The notes under the pieces were generated by a model. It had not been told where the DNA came from and searched no databases. It saw only the letters and a program-made list of their open reading frames with translations. 64,000 bases of DNA from an uncultured Deferribacteres bacterium (GTDB lineage: Bacteria > Zhuqueibacterota > JdFR-76 > BMS3Abin05), in contig CAZOHG010000013.1 in NCBI GenBank assembly GCA_964579725.1, positions 544 to 64,543 on the forward strand, in the 5' to 3' direction. Numbering within the stretch: the first letter of the stretch is position 1; the number at the start of each line of letters is the position of its first letter. The translations under genes and the position numbers were made by a program. Below, piece by piece: positions 58,084 to 64,000 of the stretch.

Positions 58084-59160
58084 ATGTCAGAAGCCGCAGC
58101 GGAGGTCGCCACGGCCAAAATCGATAAAGTACCTGAATTCGAGCGGTATTGGGGGAATTACGGCTTTGATCACAATTACCCGCTTGTCAGCCGAAGTCCC
58201 GAAATGAAGGACATTTTCGCCCTGATTAAAAAAATTGCCAAGAGCAATGCTACGGTTTTGATTCAGGGCGAAACCGGCACCGGGAAAGAACTTATTGCAG
58301 GGTTGATTCAGTTCATTAGTCCCCGTTCGGCCAGACCGTTTGTGAAGGTCAATTGTGCGGCGCTTCCGGAAAATTTACTGGAAAGCGAGCTTTTCGGACA
58401 CGAAAAGGGTGCCTTTACAGGGGCTTACCAACGGCGAAAAGGGAAATTTGAGGAGGCCGACGGGGGCACGATTTTTTTGGATGAAATAGGTGACATGCAC
58501 CTGACCACGCAATCCAAAATTCTGCGGGTTCTACAAGACCAGGAATTCACTCGTTTGGGTGGCAATCGGGTTATTAAGGTCGACGTACGGATCATTGCGG
58601 CCACAAATAAGGATCTCCTTCGGGAAATTGAGGCCGGTAATTTTCGTACCGATTTGTACTACCGGATTAACGTGGTTAATATTCAGCTTCCGCCTTTGCG
58701 GAATCGGCGCGAGGACATTCCGCTCATTGCCGAATTTTTCCGCCGAAAATTTAGCCGTGAGCTTCGCAAAGACGTCCCCGGTTTTCACCCCGAAACCATG
58801 GCCTTGCTCAAACAACACGCGTGGCCGGGGAATATTCGGGAACTGCGAAATATGATTGAACGCGCCGTTTTGGTGGGCGACGAGGGGAAACCCATTATGC
58901 CAAAGGATTTGGCCATGGCCGGGCGGGATTATTTTGCAGCCGGCGGCAAAGAGCGCCGGAAAGGAGACCGCGCCGTCCTGAGTTTAAATTCGCTAAAACT
59001 GGAAGACGTGGAACGGGAAGTGCTGGTCAAGGCATTGAAAATGGCCAATTGGGTGCAAAAAGATGCAGCCAACCTACTGGGGATTTCTCCCCGTGCGTTA
59101 AATTACAAGATCGCTCAGTTTAAAATTACGCACCCGGGTTGGAGAAGGCACAGTAAGTGA
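58084..59160 (+). CDS. Sigma-54-dependent transcriptional activator, AAA+ plus HTH only (PspF/HrpS-like, no receiver or sensor domain)
   Basis: GETGTGKE Walker A, ESELFGHEKGAFTGA (GAFTGA), RINV/R-finger region, C-terminal Fis-type HTH. Only about 50 aa lie N-terminal to the AAA+ core. Confidence 0.85.
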   Translation: MSEAAAEVATAKIDKVPEFERYWGNYGFDHNYPLVSRSPEMKDIFALIKKIAKSNATVLIQGETGTGKELIAGLIQFISPRSARPFVKVNCAALPENLLESELFGHEKGAFTGAYQRRKGKFEEADGGTIFLDEIGDMHLTTQSKILRVLQDQEFTRLGGNRVIKVDVRIIAATNKDLLREIEAGNFRTDLYYRINVVNIQLPPLRNRREDIPLIAEFFRRKFSRELRKDVPGFHPETMALLKQHAWPGNIRELRNMIERAVLVGDEGKPIMPKDLAMAGRDYFAAGGKERRKGDRAVLSLNSLKLEDVEREVLVKALKMANWVQKDAANLLGISPRALNYKIAQFKITHPGWRRHSK

Positions 59161-59170
59161 AAGCCAATTC

Positions 59171-59797
59171 ATGAGCCGAAAATTCAGATTGATTTTTTAT
59201 TTCAGCCTCTTTTTCTTTTTTCTTTCTGGATTTGGATTGGGTACCGGTTGGGCGCAGGAAGCAAGCCTTGTGGTGCAGTGGGACCCGAACACCGAATCGG
59301 ACTTGGCCGGATACCGGGTTTATTGGGGAACGGTTTCTCGACAATATTCCAAACAAATTGACGTGGGCAACGTAAACCGCTACCGAATAACGCATTTGGA
59401 AGCGGGAAAAATCTATTTCATTGCCGTGACGGCCTACGACAACTGGAACAACGAAAGCGATTTTAGTCAAGAGGTAAACGGGAAGGCGGCCGTTCATTTT
59501 CAATCGGCTGTTTCGCCCAAAGTGTTTGTTTTGTTTCAAAATTACCCGAATCCTTTCAACCCTACCACGACTATTCGGTACAGCGTACCTTCTCCCGCTG
59601 CGGTTCGATTGTCCATTTTTGACCATCGCGGCCGTCTGGTGCAAACCCTTCACAACGGGCACGACGAAGCCGGTTTGCATTCTTTTCTGTGGAACGGGAG
59701 GAATTTGCGGGGTGAGGACGTAGCGTCAGGTACCTATTTTGTGCGTCTTCGAGCGGGAGGTTTTTCTCTCTCTCAAAAACTCTTGCTGATTCGGTGA
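59171..59797 (+). CDS. Minimal T9SS cargo: signal peptide + single FN3-like domain + T9SS C-terminal domain
   Basis: LAGYRVYWGT...YFIAVTAYDNWNNESDFS FN3-like module, then directly QNYPNPFNPTTTIRYSV...GTYFVRL...KLLLIR. Confidence 0.75.
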   Translation: MSRKFRLIFYFSLFFFFLSGFGLGTGWAQEASLVVQWDPNTESDLAGYRVYWGTVSRQYSKQIDVGNVNRYRITHLEAGKIYFIAVTAYDNWNNESDFSQEVNGKAAVHFQSAVSPKVFVLFQNYPNPFNPTTTIRYSVPSPAAVRLSIFDHRGRLVQTLHNGHDEAGLHSFLWNGRNLRGEDVASGTYFVRLRAGGFSLSQKLLLIR

Positions 59798-59815
59798 ACC
59801 AAAATCCCCCCATTT

Positions 59816-60778
59816 TTAGGGAAAAAGCGGCACTTTGCTCGGAGCCTCTGGGTCGTCCCGGACGTACGTCGGAACGGCCAACCCGCCCGTGTGCTCCCGC
59901 AAATAGCGAATGAGTTGTTTCCCTCTTTCTTCACTTACCTCAAAATGTCGGGTCCCTGCCACAGGGTCCAATTGGTGCAGGTAATACGGAATGACCCGAA
60001 TGGCCACTAATTGTTCGACCAATTCCAAAAGCACCTCTTCCGAATCATTAACTCCCCGCAAGAGCACACTTTGGTTTAAAACCGGAAACCCGGCCTCCAC
60101 AAAACGGATACAGGCCTGCCGACTTTCTGCGGTTACCTCGGCCGGATGATTAAATTGGGTCAAAATAAAAATGGGGTGAAAAGGCTTGAGGGCCGAAATC
60201 AATTCGGGTGTGACCCGTTGCGGCAGTGTCACCGGGGCTCGGGTACCGATTCGGATCACCCGAATGTGGTTGATTTCTCTCAACGAGGCAAGAAGGTGCA
60301 CCAATTTTTTGTCGGAGAGCATGAGCGGGTCCCCGCCTGAAAGAATGACCTCGCGAATTCCGGGTTGATTTTGCAGGTACGCAAGACTGTCCTGAATTTG
60401 CTTTTGCGTGGGAAAGGGTTTGCGTCCAACCGTTCGGCGCCGGGTGCAGAAACGGCAGTAGACCGGGCAGGTGTTTGAAACGAGAAACAGCACGCGATCC
60501 GGGTAGCGGTGAATAATAAGCGGCGCTTTTCGGTGTGCCTCTTCTTGAAGGGGATCGGCCTTTTCACCGGGGGCCACAGACAACTCTCGATCGTCAGGAA
60601 TGCTTTGAAGACCGATGGGATCCCGAGGTGAGTGAATGAGACGGACCCAGTAGGCATTCACACCGAAAGGCAAGTGCCCCGCATTTTCTGCCAACCATTT
60701 TTTCGAAACCCCAAAAACGTCAGCCGCCTGTCGGGTGACCTTCGGTGCCTCCCGCACAATTTCTTCCCAATCGTTCAT
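59816..60778 (-). CDS. KamA-family radical SAM aminomutase (EpmB/YjeK-like)
   Basis: CPVYCRFCTRR cluster motif. About 320 aa, i.e. the short KamA-family form. Confidence 0.7.
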   Translation of the reverse strand: MNDWEEIVREAPKVTRQAADVFGVSKKWLAENAGHLPFGVNAYWVRLIHSPRDPIGLQSIPDDRELSVAPGEKADPLQEEAHRKAPLIIHRYPDRVLFLVSNTCPVYCRFCTRRRTVGRKPFPTQKQIQDSLAYLQNQPGIREVILSGGDPLMLSDKKLVHLLASLREINHIRVIRIGTRAPVTLPQRVTPELISALKPFHPIFILTQFNHPAEVTAESRQACIRFVEAGFPVLNQSVLLRGVNDSEEVLLELVEQLVAIRVIPYYLHQLDPVAGTRHFEVSEERGKQLIRYLREHTGGLAVPTYVRDDPEAPSKVPLFP

Positions 60779-60987
60779 TTTCCTCGCAAAGAACCTTCGA
60801 TTGTTTCCTTTTCAGAACAATAAACAATACCAAAAAAAATCGGGAAAATCCAATTCAAAATTCGGGTGAGCTTTTCGAAAATAGAATTTCGAAACCGTCA
60901 TTCAGGTTTGTAATCCAGACGAGAAGAAGAAAATGGGGGATAATTTATCTTTTAATAAAATCAATACGTTGTCGTCATTTTTGGGTT

Positions 60988-61003
60988 TGGCACAGACTTT
61001 GAA
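60988..61003 (+). promoter_or_regulatory. Candidate sigma-54-like promoter upstream of the repeat protein
   Basis: TGGCAC-agact-TTGAA has a perfect -24 element but a degenerate -12 (GA instead of GC). It lies about 50 nt before the ATG and next to the sigma-54 activator gene. Confidence 0.3.
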
Positions 61004-61051
61004 AGAGAAGATGACGAGAAACGGATGTTTGGAATTTGTTACGGAGAATTC

Positions 61052-63562
61052 ATGCTGAAAATAGCGAGCGGCAGGTGGTTGGGAATCTGGGTGGTAGGAT
61101 TTGTTCTTTTTTCATCTTCTTGGCTTTGGGCGGGAAGCGTGACGGTTTCGTGGAACCACAACACAGAAGCGGACTTGGCAGGTTATCGGGTGTACTACGG
61201 CACCCAATCGCAAAATTACCAGACCACTCTGGATGTCGGGTTGGACACGTTTAAAGTGGTTGACAATCTTCAGGAAGGCGTCCGGTACTATTTTGCCGTA
61301 ACCGCTTACGACACCGCGAACAATGAAAGTGATTTTTCGGAAGAAGTCAGTATTGTTCTCAAGGCGAAACAGCCGCCTAAAGTGGTGCATTTCGCCGCTT
61401 TAAATCCGCAGGAACTAAGCCTCCGATTCGATCAAGCCATGGATGTTCAATCTTTGAAAGAGGCTTCCCATTACCAAATTTCTCCCTCCGTGGCCATTCG
61501 AACCATTACAACGAGTCTGGATTCCACGGAGGTGCAGCTTCACACCGCACCCCACCGTACGGAGATTCGGTACACATTAAAAGTTTCGGGGGTAAAAAAT
61601 AGCGAAGGCATTGCACAGGCTTCAAGTTACAGCACGACGTACGAGTTTTCGGATATTCAGCCGCCAACGGTTGACTCGGTAAAGGCGATTTCGATTACGA
61701 AATTGGCGATTTATTTTAGCGAACCTGTGGATGCCTACACGGCCACCCAAACGTCCCATTATTCCATTTCACCAACCGTTTCTATTTTGCAGGCACAATT
61801 GGATTCCACTAAACGCATCGTCATCCTCATGACGGCTCCCCACGCCTACGAAACCGCCTACACGTTGACCATCCGGGATGTGGAAGATGTGCACCATAAC
61901 GCAATGGAAAAGGCTTTTCGATTTTCCTACTCATTTCGGGATACTCGTCCGCCATTTTTGACAAACTTTTTGCTGGTGGATCGCAAAACCATTCAAATGG
62001 ATTTCGATGAACCGCTAAAAGCAAGTGTTGTGCAACAAAGCGGCAATTACACCATTAAACCCACCGTTGCCATTGAGTCGATTGAATTGAAAAATAGCGG
62101 AAAGTCTGTCCTTCTCCACACGGCAGAGCACAGCGCCTCCACAACGTACCGGCTAACCATTCGCAATTTGGAAGATGTACAGGGGAATAAAATGAGCGCG
62201 CCTTACCAGATCGTGTACACATTTTCGGATTATTCGGCGCCCGGAGTGAGCCGCGTGCACGTCTTGGACGTGTACACCCTAACCGTTGAGTTCACGGAAA
62301 AAATGAATTACCAGTCTATTGCCGACAAATCTCACTACTCGATTGCTCCCCATCTCGATATTTTGGCCGTCGATGTGGACACCTCGCTCCAAAAAGTGAC
62401 CCTGCATTCGGCCAAACACAGCTACGGTCAGAAGTACACATTAACCGTACACGATGTCAAAGATTTGAACCAAAATGTCATGGCAACCCCTTTTACGTAC
62501 GAGTACAGTTTTAGTGATGCCTACCCGCCGTACGTTCTTAAAGTGAACCTTCTGGACCGTCAGCGCGTCGAGCTCATTTTCAGTGAACCCATGGATCCCA
62601 ACAGCATTGGGGATGTGGCCAATTATGCTATTCAGCCTAATATACACGTTTATCGCGTGGATGTGGATTCCACTCAAACGAAAGCCGTCCTCTACACCAA
62701 CAACCACAGCTACGGGGTGGTGTACGTTTTGTCCTTTTCGCATCTTGTGGATCAGGCCGGAAATCGGATGCCGCCCAATTACGAAATTTCCTACCAGTAC
62801 GCCCCGCCGGTTCACGTAACGAACCTAAATCGTTCCAATTACAAAGTGGCCGTCCTGCACAGCGGGGATAAATTTTACGTGGATCGGGACTACCAATTGC
62901 AGACGATTCCACAGGAATTGGCTTCGGCGCTCTGGGTGGAAACGGCCAACAATGACAAATTCAGCACCGGAGATGATTTTTTGCATTTTACAATTGACCG
63001 AAAAGCAGAGCTGTACGTGGGCTACGACGAACGACTTCGGCAACTTCCGAATTGGTTGACGAAATGGGAAAAAACCGATCTGAAAATACGCAGCAAAAGG
63101 GGAGATTCCTACCGCGTGTACCACACATCGGCGGACAGCGGACAAGTTGTTCTTGGCGGAAACAACGGGACGGACAATTCCAATATGTACCTCGTGCTTC
63201 TGAAGGGAAGCGACGAAGGCATTGTGGCGTATCCCGATCCCCCTCAAAAACACGATTCGCAAAATACGAATACAAAATTGCCGGAAACCATTGTCTTGAA
63301 CCAGAATTATCCCAACCCGTTTAACCCTTCAACGGTCATTAGTTTTTCCCTTTCCCAAGAAGATGCCGTGCAGATGGACATCTACAATCTTTCCGGTCAG
63401 CGCGTGCGCCACTACGATTTTGGCGTGGTTCATCCGGGTACCGTTCGAATTGTCTGGGACGCTACCAACGATTTGGGGCAGCCGGTGGCCAGCGGCATTT
63501 ACATTTACCAGTTGCGCAGCCTGCATTCCGTCCAAACCCGAAAAATGGCGCTTATTCGATAA
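61052..63562 (+). CDS. Secreted T9SS cargo: FN3-like domain + eight ~95-aa Ig-like (Big_5/SbsA-like) repeats + unknown ~150-aa domain + T9SS C-terminal domain
   Basis: The N-terminal module is paralogous to the 59171 gene (LAGYRVYYGT...YYFAVTAYD..NESDFS). Eight repeats begin PP.V and contain SHY.ISP...I; C-terminal QNYPNPFNPSTVISF...GIYIYQL...KMALIR. Confidence 0.75.
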   Translation: MLKIASGRWLGIWVVGFVLFSSSWLWAGSVTVSWNHNTEADLAGYRVYYGTQSQNYQTTLDVGLDTFKVVDNLQEGVRYYFAVTAYDTANNESDFSEEVSIVLKAKQPPKVVHFAALNPQELSLRFDQAMDVQSLKEASHYQISPSVAIRTITTSLDSTEVQLHTAPHRTEIRYTLKVSGVKNSEGIAQASSYSTTYEFSDIQPPTVDSVKAISITKLAIYFSEPVDAYTATQTSHYSISPTVSILQAQLDSTKRIVILMTAPHAYETAYTLTIRDVEDVHHNAMEKAFRFSYSFRDTRPPFLTNFLLVDRKTIQMDFDEPLKASVVQQSGNYTIKPTVAIESIELKNSGKSVLLHTAEHSASTTYRLTIRNLEDVQGNKMSAPYQIVYTFSDYSAPGVSRVHVLDVYTLTVEFTEKMNYQSIADKSHYSIAPHLDILAVDVDTSLQKVTLHSAKHSYGQKYTLTVHDVKDLNQNVMATPFTYEYSFSDAYPPYVLKVNLLDRQRVELIFSEPMDPNSIGDVANYAIQPNIHVYRVDVDSTQTKAVLYTNNHSYGVVYVLSFSHLVDQAGNRMPPNYEISYQYAPPVHVTNLNRSNYKVAVLHSGDKFYVDRDYQLQTIPQELASALWVETANNDKFSTGDDFLHFTIDRKAELYVGYDERLRQLPNWLTKWEKTDLKIRSKRGDSYRVYHTSADSGQVVLGGNNGTDNSNMYLVLLKGSDEGIVAYPDPPQKHDSQNTNTKLPETIVLNQNYPNPFNPSTVISFSLSQEDAVQMDIYNLSGQRVRHYDFGVVHPGTVRIVWDATNDLGQPVASGIYIYQLRSLHSVQTRKMALIR

Positions 63563-63745
63563 AAATTGGATGCAAGGGTACCGTCCGCACCGGATTCAGC
63601 CCCCCCTTTTTCATTCGGAAATTATCCTAAGGACTCTGCATCACTAAACGTTGGAAAATATTCATTGAATCCCGCCCAAAATTTTTTTACATTAAGTTGT
63701 TTCGATTTGGAACAAATCAACCGGTACCATTTTTACTGAAATTCC

Positions 63746-64000
63746 ATGAAAATGAAGCCACTCTCCAAAATCATTTTGATTGTTTTGTCGGCTGCACAAT
63801 TGGCCGGATTCCAATCTCCCGGCTTTTCGCAAACCACGCCCACAGGTCAGTTGGATTGGCTCAAAATGGCCTCCCATTCTTTTGAAGGAGCCATTTCCCC
63901 CACAGCCTACCTGTTGGGGCCGGGCGACGTGCTCGTGTACGCCCTTTGGGGGCAGAAAAATGTGACGTACACCTTGCCCGTTACGCCGCAGGGAAAACTC
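63746..64000 (+). CDS. Polysaccharide export protein (Wza-like), 5' partial
   Basis: Signal peptide followed by the LGPGDVL motif of the Poly_export family. The ORF runs off the window end. Confidence 0.55.
   Translation, partial: MKMKPLSKIILIVLSAAQLAGFQSPGFSQTTPTGQLDWLKMASHSFEGAISPTAYLLGPGDVLVYALWGQKNVTYTLPVTPQGKL

Overview
This 64-kb window comes from a Gram-negative (diderm) bacterium. Several large secreted proteins end in QNYPNPFNP...LLIR-type T9SS/Por C-terminal sorting domains, and many starts carry strong AGGAGG Shine-Dalgarno sites. That points to the FCB superphylum or a related candidate phylum. Coding density is high; 35 of the 51 called genes are on the minus strand, and that bias is near-total over the first ~42 kb.

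Left to right, the window contains:
- a repeat-rich lipoprotein with a C-terminal peptidoglycan-binding domain;
- a split class II (B12-dependent) ribonucleotide reductase (large catalytic ORF plus a separate C-terminal Zn-ribbon ORF) whose leader carries a clear cobalamin riboswitch;
- an operon holA - ECF sigma - zf-HC2 anti-sigma - HtrA/DegP-like PDZ protein, in which the protease appears to lack both the catalytic His and the catalytic Ser;
- an NSS-family Na+ symporter with a translationally coupled 43-aa membrane peptide;
- tRNA-Leu(CAG), followed by a textbook sigma-54 promoter in front of a single-domain receiver protein that has a C-terminal transmembrane tail;
- Zn-alcohol dehydrogenase, NamZ (DUF1343), a tandem-GNAT acetyltransferase and a DUF1848 Cys-cluster protein;
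- a thematically coherent envelope osmotic/desiccation stress cluster: PilZ, a DUF3078 outer-membrane protein, a Kbp-like BON-LysM protein, DUF4332, MscL, an OmpA porin with thrombospondin-3 repeats, a Zn-ribbon protein, a tandem LEA_2/WHy lipoprotein and a frameshifted BON-OmpA gene;
- a non-SusCD polysaccharide/uronate utilisation cluster: ceramidase-like hydrolase, Gfo/Idh/MocA oxidoreductase, a 956-aa secreted hydrolase-like protein, heparinase II/III-like lyase, an SSS transporter and a tandem amidohydrolase;
- polA, DUF3467, a 1328-aa delta-60-repeat/FN3/LamG T9SS cargo protein, and a GH57 branching enzyme;
- an outer-membrane beta-barrel, an AEC transporter, ispB, apbE, UDP-glucuronate decarboxylase, and the heptosyl- and Kdo-transferases;
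- a tandem EcfA/EcfA' ATPase pair with no adjacent EcfT;
- a domain-minimal sigma-54 activator immediately followed by two paralogous FN3 T9SS cargo proteins (one minimal, one with eight Ig-like repeats), then the 5' end of a Wza-type polysaccharide exporter.

No CRISPR arrays, integrases or transposases were recognised. All calls rest on reading the supplied translations and the sequence by eye; no searches were run.
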